Below, piece after piece: positions 26,346 to 35,867 of a stretch of DNA of 64,000 nucleotides; within the stretch, counting starts at the first letter, position 1, and each line of letters opens with the position of its first letter. The notes under the pieces were generated by a model. It was not told the origin of the DNA. It made no database searches and saw nothing but the letters and a program-made list of their open reading frames with translations. This stretch comes from Clostridia bacterium (GTDB lineage: Bacteria > Bacillota > Clostridia > Oscillospirales > Acutalibacteraceae). The position numbers and the translations under genes were made by a program. The stretch lies in contig CAAGMR010000016.1 in NCBI GenBank assembly GCA_900771085.1, positions 16,284-80,283 of the forward strand, read 5' to 3'.

Positions 26346-28232
26346 ATGAACAGTAAAATTAAGACAGACAACAGACTGATTGCGTTTCTGCTCTCTCTTG
26401 TAGTACTCTTAAGTACCTTGCCGGTTGCAGTACTGGCGGCAGACGGCGACCAATACAAAACACAAGGCGATGTGCTTAACGTTTATATGGTTTCACCGAC
26501 AGGTATCACACATGGAGAAGATACCGATTCTTATTATTACAACATTATTAATGAGAATATTGACGGCGGTAGCGATTTTGTGTTTAAACTTGCAGCCGGT
26601 GGCGCTCCGGGAATTAACAACAATCAGACTATTTTCAATGGCAACGTAAACATTTATGATTCATTGGATTTTTCAAAGGCCCCTGTTGTTACATTTTCAG
26701 ATTTCACAGTAACAAATATCAGTAATTCCAACTGGCCTGACACCTCATCTTCAGTTGGCAGAGCCGGCAGAACATTTACATTTACACTTAAAGACGGAAA
26801 GCTTACCTCTGACAAGCAATATTATCTGGTGGTAAATGATATCTCATCCTCCGGAGGACAGGGCACAGGAAGCATAGGAAAGAAAATCGTATTTGCTTTT
26901 AAGATTGGCAATGTTTCAACAGCAGTCAAGTCAGTAAACTTCGACTATGAGGAACTGGTTTTCCGTGGTCTGAAACAGACTATCACATTAAATGCAACTG
27001 TTTTACCTGAAACAGCTACAGACAAAAGTGTCTCTTATAAATCATCAGACGAAAAGGTTGCCACAGTTGGCAATGATGGAACAGTTACCTCTGTTGGCAG
27101 CGGTACAGCCGACATTGTCGCAAAGACAAATGACGGCGGATTTGAGGCTGTCTGCAAGGTATCAGTTGAAGACAGCGATGAAAACGTTATTTTAGCACCT
27201 GCAACCGGTGAACTTCAGCCACTTACACATGGCAGATATATGTATTCCGTCACTCAGCCTGATGTATACAAGGTTATTGGCAAAAGTGCCTATTTTGTAG
27301 CAAAAGAAGAGGTGGACCTTTCAAAACTGCCTGTATTCCATTTTGCTTTTGGCAGCAATGGAGGAAAGAAGGACAGCTATTTTTATGTGAACGTATATTC
27401 AGATAAAGATGGAAAGAACAAAGTAGCTCAATATTCCAGTTCAGGTGCGCCAGAATTCTCTATCGAGCTTACAAATGAAGGCCTGAAAGAAGGCAACACC
27501 TACTATCTTATTATTGAAAAGAATTCTCACTCCGGTTCTGAGGTTACAGATGAACCTATAACTGTAGAGTTTAAGGTAGCCGGCGAAGCAGCTGTTGACC
27601 CTGAAGAGCCAACTGACCCTGAAGAGCCTGAAGCATATGAAACTGTAAAACAGTTCACAGACGGCAACTGGTATCACGCAAAGGGTGATGAAATCATCCC
27701 TGGCAAGACCGTGGCTGAAAATGAGTATGGCTGGTGGTACTGCGATGAAAACGGCAAGGTTGACTTTGACTTTACCGGACTTGCAGAAAACCAGTACGGC
27801 TGGTGGTACATTGAAAACGGCAAAGTAAACTTCAACTACACCGGCATAAAGAACAACGAATATGGCTGGTGGCGTATCGAAAACGGCCAGGTCATCTTCA
27901 GTGCAACAGGCGTATATGAAAATGAATACGGCTGGTGGTACGTTGAAAACGGCAAGGTTAACTTCGACTACACAGGCATTAAGGAAAATGCATACGGCTG
28001 GTGGAGAATTGTAAACGGTGGTGTTGACTTCTCTGCTCACGGCGTATTCCAGAATGAATACGGCTGGTGGTATGTAAACGGCGGAAAGGTAAACTTCTCA
28101 TACACCGGAATTGCTTCCAACGAATGGGGCTCATGGTATATTAAGAACGGCCAGGTGAATTTTGATTATACCGGCAGCATTCTGGTCAATAAAAAGACTT
28201 ATAAAGTCATAAACGGACAGATTGTTGCATAA
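26346..28232 (+). CDS. Secreted protein with Big_2 (bacterial Ig-like) domain, acidic Pro-rich linker and C-terminal cell-wall-binding repeats; paralog of preceding gene
   Basis: Signal peptide ...PVAVLAADG; Big_2-like segment (KSVSYKSSDEKVATVGNDGTVTSVGSGTADIV); ~11 YGWW repeats; RBS AGGAGG. Confidence 0.75.
   Translation: MNSKIKTDNRLIAFLLSLVVLLSTLPVAVLAADGDQYKTQGDVLNVYMVSPTGITHGEDTDSYYYNIINENIDGGSDFVFKLAAGGAPGINNNQTIFNGNVNIYDSLDFSKAPVVTFSDFTVTNISNSNWPDTSSSVGRAGRTFTFTLKDGKLTSDKQYYLVVNDISSSGGQGTGSIGKKIVFAFKIGNVSTAVKSVNFDYEELVFRGLKQTITLNATVLPETATDKSVSYKSSDEKVATVGNDGTVTSVGSGTADIVAKTNDGGFEAVCKVSVEDSDENVILAPATGELQPLTHGRYMYSVTQPDVYKVIGKSAYFVAKEEVDLSKLPVFHFAFGSNGGKKDSYFYVNVYSDKDGKNKVAQYSSSGAPEFSIELTNEGLKEGNTYYLIIEKNSHSGSEVTDEPITVEFKVAGEAAVDPEEPTDPEEPEAYETVKQFTDGNWYHAKGDEIIPGKTVAENEYGWWYCDENGKVDFDFTGLAENQYGWWYIENGKVNFNYTGIKNNEYGWWRIENGQVIFSATGVYENEYGWWYVENGKVNFDYTGIKENAYGWWRIVNGGVDFSAHGVFQNEYGWWYVNGGKVNFSYTGIASNEWGSWYIKNGQVNFDYTGSILVNKKTYKVINGQIVA
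27717..28229 (+). repeat. Tandem 60-nt coding repeats (cell-wall-binding repeat array) in CWB protein 2
   Basis: Periodic NEYGWW motifs; ~80% nt identity to the array in the upstream paralog. Confidence 0.7.
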
Positions 28233-28292
28233 TTTTTTCACAAGTGTGTTATAATCACCCCAACAGGAAAAAACAGGGTATACAGGTGAATT

Positions 28293-28826
28293 ATGTCCAG
28301 AAAATCAGATGTAACAGAGGCTGTTGCAAGCCTTGAGAGATCAATAAAAAGAACACAGACCTTGCTCGATGGCAACAGACACGGCGGCAAAGCTACCGGT
28401 CGTACCCTTAAGGCCATCGCCATGAACAATGGTGCAAAGGCAAGTGAACTTGCAAGACTGCTCAACCTTAGTCCGTCTTCCATGTCGGACAAGCTGGAGT
28501 TGCTTGAGGCGTCCGGTGATATTACAAGAGAACGTGATACTGCCGACAGACGTATTGTCAGGGTATATATTACCGAAAAAGGTAAGAGCATAGTCGAAAA
28601 GCAATCAACGGTTGGTCCCAGATACGACAGTGACTATACCAGCGTTCTTACAGATGAAGAGGCCGAAGCTTTCTATGACATCTGCCGCAAACTTGAAAAT
28701 TCACTGGAGACTATCTTTGAGGCAGAGAAATCACGTCGCATAGATGCTGTTCGCCTTGACAGAGAGATTGATCAGATGGACAGTTCATTTGAACCATTGA
28801 AAAAACCAAAATTAGATGTCGGTTAA
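28293..28826 (+). CDS. MarR-family transcriptional regulator with extended C-terminal region
   Basis: wHTH region (ASELARLLNLSPSSMSDKLELLEASGDITRERDTADRRIVRVYITEKG); upstream extended -10 TGtTATAAT. Confidence 0.7.
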   Translation: MSRKSDVTEAVASLERSIKRTQTLLDGNRHGGKATGRTLKAIAMNNGAKASELARLLNLSPSSMSDKLELLEASGDITRERDTADRRIVRVYITEKGKSIVEKQSTVGPRYDSDYTSVLTDEEAEAFYDICRKLENSLETIFEAEKSRRIDAVRLDREIDQMDSSFEPLKKPKLDVG

Positions 28827-28834
28827 CCGGCATA

Positions 28835-28872
28835 GAAAAAAGGCACGACCGTTCGGTCGTGCCTTTTCTTTA
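28835..28872. terminator. Bidirectional rho-independent terminator
   Basis: AGGCACGACC-gttc-GGTCGTGCCT with flanking A- and T-tracts between convergent genes. Confidence 0.65.
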
Positions 28873-31170
28873 TTATCTGTTTGCCGGTTCTGTTTGCGGA
28901 AGTTTAACGGTTGCCTTAAACAGGTCACCATCTATTTCCAGAGAAAGGGCGCCGTGCTGGAGTTCGCAAAGATCCTTTGCGATGGAAAGGCCGAGGCCGT
29001 TTCCTTCTCGTTCGCCTCGAGACTTGTCTCCGCGAACGAAGCGCTCAGTCAGTTCTTCCGGTGTAATGTTCAGCTGAGCCAAAGATACATTCTTGATTGA
29101 TACATAGGAGTAGCCCGGGGCAGGGTCGTCCTCACTGTAGATATCAACATATACACGGGTGTCCGGTGCTGCGTACTTCTTAACGTTGCTGAAGAGGTTT
29201 GAGAGAATACGGTATGTCTTCGGGCCATCGGCATATATTACCGGATGGCTGTGGTCATTAAGAATAATGCTGTTGCCGTTTTTCTCGAGCTCCGGATTAA
29301 ACTCTGCTATTGTTTGAGCCACAAGTTCGGAAAGACTTAAAACTCCGAAATTAAGGGTTACATTGCCCGAACTTACTTTGGACGCTTCAATGAGATCTTC
29401 GATGAGTCTCTTGAGCTTGGTTGACTGAGTCTGAAGAGTATCGATGTACTTCTTTGCGTCTTCATCTTCTATGTCACATTTTGAAAGAAGGTCGGTGTAG
29501 TTGATTACGGAAGTAAGCGGAGTTTTCAGGTCATGGGAAACATTGGTGATGAGCTCTGTCTTAAGGTGTTCATCCTTTACGGCCTTCTCAATGGCTTCGT
29601 TGAGGCGGGCGTTTGAGGTACTCAGGTTGTGAGCGAGTTCCTTTAGGGAGTCATCCGGCTCGCCGCTCGGGAAATGAACTTCTTCTATTTCGCCGGAAGC
29701 CTTTATTACTGCATCTAGGTCACGCATGTAGTTTATAACCTTTGTCGCTACCCATACGTCAAATCCGATGAGAATGACTGTGCCAAATGCACTGAAAAGC
29801 GAAAGGATGGCATTGACTGCAATGACAATGATTATCATTTTCATGACGTTGTCATTGAAGTGCTCAGGGGTATATTTCATTGCATCCTGAATCTTTTCAT
29901 ATGGCTTTTTGAAAAGTTTAATGAAGATTTTTCTGCAGAGGTTGAAAACCCAGGAGCAGAAACGGACCGCAAGTTTTATGCACCAGATAAAGAGGCTGAC
30001 AGACAGGAAACTGCGGATATAACTGTAATCACGTTTCTTGATGATGCGGGACAGGGATGTTGCCCAATAGATGACTGCGAGTGCCATAAAGACACTGCCG
30101 GCAACGGCCAGACCCATATACATATCATAATGAAGGCAGAGTTCCGGATAAATTCCTCCATCGATAACCCTTGATGCCGCATAGAGGGAAAGCAATGTCC
30201 ATGGGATACAGAAAAGTGCTATGGAGTTGAACAGGCGCAGTTCACTCGGAATTCTGTCGATGCGAAGAAGAACGGTATCTGTTCCTTCTCCTTCGCTATT
30301 TACGTGACCGGCTGAAAGTATGAGCCAGATGATTGCCAGAGCGAAAACCAGGGATGAACCAACTATAGCCAGAAGCTGATGGTTTCCGCGATTGTCATTG
30401 GCAGTTGCGATATCGTAGAGTTTCAGGAAAGCGGCGTAATCATCGCCCGGCTGAAACTTTCCATCGGGAAGGAAAACGTAGTATTCTCCTCCGTTTTCCA
30501 ATCTGGCGTGGCTTGCAAGTATTGAATTCTTAAGCTGCATGTCAGATGGCTTGCGCTCAAGATTGGAGAAAACCTGTCCTTCAGGAGTCACAACATAATA
30601 CTTGAGATTTATGGTTCTTTCGAGGTCATCGGAATAATGTTCCTGATTATAACCGATACTTTCGATGGCACTGTTTACCTGTCCATCATATTGCTTTTCG
30701 AAATCGGCATAAACCTGTTTTTCGGTCTTGTCGGCATCAATCTCTTCTATGTCAAAATCGAAGCTGTAAGCGTCATCAAGCTCCGGTGTGCTGATGTTCT
30801 GGAAATCTTCATATATCTGGTCAAAATCTTCGCCGTCTTCAAAGATTTCTTTGTTGTCCCTGTAGGCTTTCATAACCTGCTCGAGGACTTCCTGCTTACT
30901 TTCGGCAAACATTTTTTTCTCGCCTTTTACGCTTTTTTCTGCTAGAAGATTAGCATGCATCTCGTCGGTGTGGAACTGGTCCTTTACCGCGGTGCATTCA
31001 GCATACGAGTAGTCCTCGCCCGAGATGTAATTCTGATAGCCTACGGCACTGCAGCAGGCGGCAAAGCCGATTGCATTATATGCCAGAATGGCAAATGAAA
31101 TTATGGCAATGATTATTGCCGTGATTTTTGTTATTACAGAACGTTCAAATCTTTTCAACTTTGTATCCAA
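28873..31170 (-). CDS. Sensor histidine kinase with large extracytoplasmic/multi-TM N-terminal region (765 aa)
   Basis: H-box VSHDLKTPLTSV, HATPase_c N/G boxes; TTG start overlapping RR stop. Confidence 0.8.
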   Translation of the reverse strand: MDTKLKRFERSVITKITAIIIAIISFAILAYNAIGFAACCSAVGYQNYISGEDYSYAECTAVKDQFHTDEMHANLLAEKSVKGEKKMFAESKQEVLEQVMKAYRDNKEIFEDGEDFDQIYEDFQNISTPELDDAYSFDFDIEEIDADKTEKQVYADFEKQYDGQVNSAIESIGYNQEHYSDDLERTINLKYYVVTPEGQVFSNLERKPSDMQLKNSILASHARLENGGEYYVFLPDGKFQPGDDYAAFLKLYDIATANDNRGNHQLLAIVGSSLVFALAIIWLILSAGHVNSEGEGTDTVLLRIDRIPSELRLFNSIALFCIPWTLLSLYAASRVIDGGIYPELCLHYDMYMGLAVAGSVFMALAVIYWATSLSRIIKKRDYSYIRSFLSVSLFIWCIKLAVRFCSWVFNLCRKIFIKLFKKPYEKIQDAMKYTPEHFNDNVMKMIIIVIAVNAILSLFSAFGTVILIGFDVWVATKVINYMRDLDAVIKASGEIEEVHFPSGEPDDSLKELAHNLSTSNARLNEAIEKAVKDEHLKTELITNVSHDLKTPLTSVINYTDLLSKCDIEDEDAKKYIDTLQTQSTKLKRLIEDLIEASKVSSGNVTLNFGVLSLSELVAQTIAEFNPELEKNGNSIILNDHSHPVIYADGPKTYRILSNLFSNVKKYAAPDTRVYVDIYSEDDPAPGYSYVSIKNVSLAQLNITPEELTERFVRGDKSRGEREGNGLGLSIAKDLCELQHGALSLEIDGDLFKATVKLPQTEPANR

Positions 31171-31834
31171 GACCCCATACCACCTTTAAATATTTTGGTT
31201 CTTTAGGATTAATTTCAATCTTTTCACGGATATTTCGAATGTGAACTGTTACAGTCTTTTCTGTGGCAATGGCCGGCTCTTTCCAGACAGCCTCATAAAT
31301 CTGGCCTGAGGACAGAACCTTTCCCATGTTTTCCATGAGATATTCAAGAATCAGGTATTCGAGTGCGGTGAGTTTTACCGGTTCGCCATCGACATAGGCC
31401 TGCTTTTCTGCTGTGTCAAGTTCGAGCCCGCCTGTCACCAGTCTTTCATCCGACTGGGCAATGCTTCCAAAGCTTGCATAGCGTCTTATCTGTGACTTTA
31501 CACGGGCAACAAGCTCGAGCGGGTTGAAAGGCTTTGTGACATAGTCATCTGCGCCAAAGCTTAAGCCTGCGATTTTGTCTGTGTCTTCGGATTTTGCTGA
31601 AAGCAGAATGATAGGGAAATGATATTTCTGACGAAGATTAACCATTGCAGTAAGTCCATCCATTTTCGGCATCATAATGTCGAGCACCAGACAATGGATC
31701 TCATTGTTCTTCACTGCTTCCAGGGCCTCGATGCCGTTGGATGCGGTTAATACATTGTAGCCTTCATTTCTGAGATAGATGATGATAGAGTCTCTTATTG
31801 CCTGATCGTCATCGCAAACTAAAACAGTATACAT
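31145..31834 (-). CDS. OmpR-family response regulator
   Basis: Receiver (VLDIMMPKMDG) + winged helix; RBS GGAGA. Confidence 0.88.
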   Translation of the reverse strand: MYTVLVCDDDQAIRDSIIIYLRNEGYNVLTASNGIEALEAVKNNEIHCLVLDIMMPKMDGLTAMVNLRQKYHFPIILLSAKSEDTDKIAGLSFGADDYVTKPFNPLELVARVKSQIRRYASFGSIAQSDERLVTGGLELDTAEKQAYVDGEPVKLTALEYLILEYLMENMGKVLSSGQIYEAVWKEPAIATEKTVTVHIRNIREKIEINPKEPKYLKVVWGLGYKVEKI

Positions 31835-32013
31835 TGGTTTTCTCCATTTCCAAGATTGAATTCAACGTCTATAAGTCTACTATACCAAAGATTCAACAAA
31901 GTTATGAGAATATAAAGAAAAAGTAAAGATGGAAAATAAAATTTGTATGCTTTTCAGGGACTTTGTTGTATAATGCAAATTGGTAAATATCTTATTTGGC
32001 AGAGGTACTTTTT

Positions 32014-32358
32014 ATGCATGAACTCGGTATAGCCTTCTACATCATTGACGATGTTAAAGAAGTAGTAGAAAAGAACAATCTTACACAGGTAGGTTCTGTA
32101 ACAATAGAACTTGGCGAAGTATCCGGCGTAATTCCTGAATATCTTGAAGATGTATGGAACTGGGCATGTGAGAAGCATGAATGTATGAAGGGCTGCAAGC
32201 TCAACATCCTCAAGGATGAGGCTGTAACTTTCTGCGAAGATTGCCACGAAACCTACCCGACAGTCAAGTATGGCAAGGAATGTCCTTACTGCCATTCAGG
32301 CAATACATACCTTGTAAAAGGTAATGGCGCAGTAATCAAAGAGATCGAAGCCTGCTAA
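32014..32358 (+). CDS. hypA: Hydrogenase nickel-insertion metallochaperone HypA/HybF-like zinc-ribbon protein
   Basis: MHELGIA N-terminus (Ni-binding MHE), CxxC-x12-CxxC zinc site (CEDCH...CPYCH); upstream TGtTATAAT -10. Confidence 0.7.
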   Translation: MHELGIAFYIIDDVKEVVEKNNLTQVGSVTIELGEVSGVIPEYLEDVWNWACEKHECMKGCKLNILKDEAVTFCEDCHETYPTVKYGKECPYCHSGNTYLVKGNGAVIKEIEAC

Positions 32359-32394
32359 AAGCGTTGACTTATGCGCTTTTCCTGTGATATTATT

Positions 32395-32657
32395 ACAGGC
32401 ACAAATTAAATAACAACCATAAATGCTTAGACGGAGACAGTAAGTCATGTGCGTCAGCTTTAGCGAGTCGGGGATGGTGAAAGCCCGATGCAAGACAAAT
32501 TGACCGAATATCACTCCCGAGCAGCATGCTGAACTCATAGTAAGCAGAGCCGGCACCCACCGTTACCAGGGGCACATATGTTAGTATGATGTTAAATAGG
32601 TGGTATAACGAAACTTAAAGCTTCGTCCTGTTTGCACAGGATGAAGCTTATTTTTTT
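32395..32657 (+). promoter_or_regulatory. T-box riboswitch leader for ileS (putative Ile AUC specifier at 32510-32512) ending in intrinsic terminator
   Basis: Stem-I-like AGCGAGTCGGGGATGGTGAAAGCCCGATG, specifier-loop-like GAATATCAC, T-box-like AAATAGGTGGTATAACG (contains UGGU), terminator AAGCTTCGTCCTG-tttgca-CAGGATGAAGCTT + T7 immediately before the ileS RBS. Confidence 0.55.
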
Positions 32658-32671
32658 GAGGAGGAATTTCA

Positions 32672-35600
32672 GTGTACGAAAAGGTATCAACAGACCTTAA
32701 CCTCGTAGAACGCGAGAGAGAAATCGCGAAGTTCTGGGAAGATGAACAGATCTTCGAAAAGACTGAAGAAAAACAGGGCCCTTCATATGTATTCTATGAT
32801 GGTCCTCCAACAGCAAACGGCAAGCCTCACATTGGTCACGTTCTTACACGTGTAATCAAGGATATGATTCCACGTTACAGAACCATGAAGGGCAACTTCG
32901 TACCAAGAAAGGCAGGCTGGGATACACACGGCCTTCCTGTTGAGATTGAAGTAGAAAAGAAGCTCGGTCTCGACGGCAAGGAACAGATTGAAGAATACGG
33001 ACTTGAGCCATTCATCAAAGAGTGTAAAGAGTCTGTATGGCAGTACAAAGGCATGTGGGAAGAGTTCTCAAAAATCGTTGGCTTCTGGGCTGACATGGAC
33101 AACCCATATGTTACATATGACAACAACTTCATTGAATCAGAGTGGTGGGCTCTCAAGCAGATTTATGACAAGGGCCTCATGTACAAGGGCTTCAAGGTAG
33201 TTCCTTACTGCCCTCGCTGTGGTACCCCTCTTTCTTCTCACGAAGTTGCACAGGGTTACAAGCTCGTTAAGGAGCGTTCAGCAGTTGTACGTTTCAAGGT
33301 TGTTGGCGAAGATGCTTACTTCCTTGCATGGACAACAACACCATGGACACTTCCTTCAAACGTTGCTCTTTGCGTAAACCCTGATGAGGAATATGCAAAG
33401 GTAAAGGCAGCAGACGGCTATACATATTACATGGCTACAGCTCTCCTCGACACAGTTCTCGGAAAGCTTGGCACAGAAGAGACACCTGCTTACGAGGTTC
33501 TTGAAACCTATAAGGGTAAGGACCTTGAGTACAAGGAGTATGAGCCTCTCTATGATTGCGTAAAGCCAATCGTTGCAAAGCAGCACAAGAAGGGTCATTT
33601 TGTAACAGCTGACAGCTACGTTACAATGTCCGACGGTACAGGTATCGTTCACATTGCTCCTGCTTTCGGTGAAGACGATGCTCAGGTAGGCCGTAACTAT
33701 GACCTTCCATTCGTACAGCTCGTTGATGAGCAGGGTAACATGAAGGAGGAGACTCCATTTGCAGGTCTCTTCGTAAAAGATGCTGACCCTAAGGTTCTCA
33801 TTGACCTCGACGAACGCGGACTTCTTTTCGATGCACCTAAGTTCGAGCACAGCTATCCACACTGCTGGAGATGTGACACACCTCTCGTTTACTATGCTCG
33901 CGAATCATGGTTCATCAAGATGACAGACGTTAAGGATGACCTTATCGCAAACAACAATACAATCAACTGGATCCCTGAAACAATCGGCAAGGGCCGTTTC
34001 GGTGACTGGCTTGAAAATGTTCAGGACTGGGGCGTTTCCCGTAACCGTTACTGGGGTACTCCTCTTAACGTATGGGAATGCGACGAGTGCGGATGCAAGC
34101 ATTCAATCGGTTCTATTGAAGAACTCAAGAGCATGTCTGACAACTGCCCTGATGACATTGAACTTCACCGTCCATTCATCGACAGAGTAACAATCAAGTG
34201 CCCTGACTGCGGAGCTCAGATGAAGAGAGTTCCGGAAGTTCTTGACTGCTGGTTCGACTCAGGTTCAATGCCATTCGCACAGCACCATTATCCATTTGAA
34301 AACAAGGAACTCTTCGAGACTCAGTTCCCTGCAGACTTCATTTCCGAAGCTGTTGACCAGACTCGCGGATGGTTCTATTCACTTCTTGCAATTTCAACCC
34401 TCATCTTCAACAAGGCACCTTACAAGAATGTAATCGTTCTTGGCCACGTTCAGGATGAAGACGGACAGAAGATGTCCAAGTCCAAGGGCAACGCAGTTGA
34501 CCCTATGGACGCGCTCAACACCTACGGTGCTGACGCAATTCGCTGGTATTTCTATACAAACTCTGCTCCATGGCTTCCAAACCGTTTCTCAGGTAAGGCA
34601 GTTACTGAAGGTCAGAGAAAGATTCTCGGTACTCTCTGGAATACTTATGCATTCTTCGTACTCTATGCAAACATCGATGAATTTGATGCTACAAAGTACG
34701 AACTTAAGTATGATGAACTCTCCGTAATGGACAAGTGGTGTCTCTCCAAGATGAACTCCATGATTAAGGGCGTTGACGAGAACCTTGCAAACTACAGAAT
34801 CCCTGAAGCTGCAAAGTACATTCAGGAATTCGTTGACGAACTTTCCAACTGGTATGTTCGCCGCTGCCGTTCACGTTTCTGGGCTGAAGGCATGACTCAG
34901 GATAAGATTAATGCTTACATGACTCTTTACACAGCTCTTGTTGAAACCTGCAAGACAGCAGCTCCAATGCTTCCATTTATGACAGAGCAGATTTATCGCA
35001 ACCTCGTTTGCAGTATTGATAAGGATGCTCCAATTTCTATCCATCTTTGCGACTTCCCTGAAGTCAGAACAGAGTGGGTAGACAAGCAGCTTGAAGCAGA
35101 CATGGAAGAAGTTCTCAGCATCGTTACTCTTGGCCGTGCATGCAGAAATGGTTCAAACATAAAGAACCGTCAGCCTCTCGGCAAGATGTACATCAAGGCA
35201 GAAAACGTTCTTTCAGACTACTACGTTGATATCATCAAGGATGAGCTCAACATCAAGTCTGTTGAATTTGCAACTGACGACAGCAGCCTTATGGATTACA
35301 CTTTCAAGCCTCAGCTCAAGGTTTGCGGACCTAAGTACGGCAAGAACGTAGGTGCAATCCGTAACGCACTTTCAGAAATCACAAACGGTATTGCCGCAAA
35401 GGCTGAGCTCGACAGCAAGGGAACACTTACAGTAGCTCTCGCTGACGGCACATCAGTTGAGATGGCTCCTGAAGAACTCCTTATTGAGGCAAAACAGCAG
35501 GAAGGCCTCTTCGCTCTTTCTGAAAACGGCGTAACAGTAGCAATCGACACCAACCTTACAGAAGAACTCATCACAGAAGGTTTCGTTCGTGAAATCGTTT

Positions 35601-35827
35601 CAAAGGTTCAGACAATGCGTAAGGATGCAGGTTTCGAAGTAACAGACCACATTGCTCTTTCCGTTACAGGTAACGACAAGATTGAAACTCTCGTTTCTGA
35701 CAATAAGGAATCAGTAATGAAGGATGTACTTGCAGTAGAAGTTACAACAGGCGCAGTTGACGGCTACACTGCAGAGTGGGACATCAACGGCGAAAAGGCT
35801 ACATTTGGCGTTAAAGTCGTAAAGTAA
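32672..35827 (+). CDS. ileS: Isoleucine--tRNA ligase (type 2, eukaryote-like)
   Basis: HIGH (PHIGH), KMSKS, editing domain; GTG start with RBS GAGGAGG. Confidence 0.92.
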   Translation: MYEKVSTDLNLVEREREIAKFWEDEQIFEKTEEKQGPSYVFYDGPPTANGKPHIGHVLTRVIKDMIPRYRTMKGNFVPRKAGWDTHGLPVEIEVEKKLGLDGKEQIEEYGLEPFIKECKESVWQYKGMWEEFSKIVGFWADMDNPYVTYDNNFIESEWWALKQIYDKGLMYKGFKVVPYCPRCGTPLSSHEVAQGYKLVKERSAVVRFKVVGEDAYFLAWTTTPWTLPSNVALCVNPDEEYAKVKAADGYTYYMATALLDTVLGKLGTEETPAYEVLETYKGKDLEYKEYEPLYDCVKPIVAKQHKKGHFVTADSYVTMSDGTGIVHIAPAFGEDDAQVGRNYDLPFVQLVDEQGNMKEETPFAGLFVKDADPKVLIDLDERGLLFDAPKFEHSYPHCWRCDTPLVYYARESWFIKMTDVKDDLIANNNTINWIPETIGKGRFGDWLENVQDWGVSRNRYWGTPLNVWECDECGCKHSIGSIEELKSMSDNCPDDIELHRPFIDRVTIKCPDCGAQMKRVPEVLDCWFDSGSMPFAQHHYPFENKELFETQFPADFISEAVDQTRGWFYSLLAISTLIFNKAPYKNVIVLGHVQDEDGQKMSKSKGNAVDPMDALNTYGADAIRWYFYTNSAPWLPNRFSGKAVTEGQRKILGTLWNTYAFFVLYANIDEFDATKYELKYDELSVMDKWCLSKMNSMIKGVDENLANYRIPEAAKYIQEFVDELSNWYVRRCRSRFWAEGMTQDKINAYMTLYTALVETCKTAAPMLPFMTEQIYRNLVCSIDKDAPISIHLCDFPEVRTEWVDKQLEADMEEVLSIVTLGRACRNGSNIKNRQPLGKMYIKAENVLSDYYVDIIKDELNIKSVEFATDDSSLMDYTFKPQLKVCGPKYGKNVGAIRNALSEITNGIAAKAELDSKGTLTVALADGTSVEMAPEELLIEAKQQEGLFALSENGVTVAIDTNLTEELITEGFVREIVSKVQTMRKDAGFEVTDHIALSVTGNDKIETLVSDNKESVMKDVLAVEVTTGAVDGYTAEWDINGEKATFGVKVVK

Positions 35828-35836
35828 GATAAAATT

Positions 35837-35867
35837 AAAAGCCACCCCTCGGGGTGGCTTTTTTTAT
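35837..35867. terminator. Bidirectional rho-independent terminator
   Basis: GCCACCC-ctcg-GGGTGGC + T9 between convergent ileS and prfA. Confidence 0.65.

Noticed and set aside
31996-32013. TTG-initiated 120-aa version of hypA (MAEVLF...)
   Set aside because: HypA proteins begin with the Ni-binding Met-His-Glu; the ATG at 32014 gives MHELGIA and is the conserved start.
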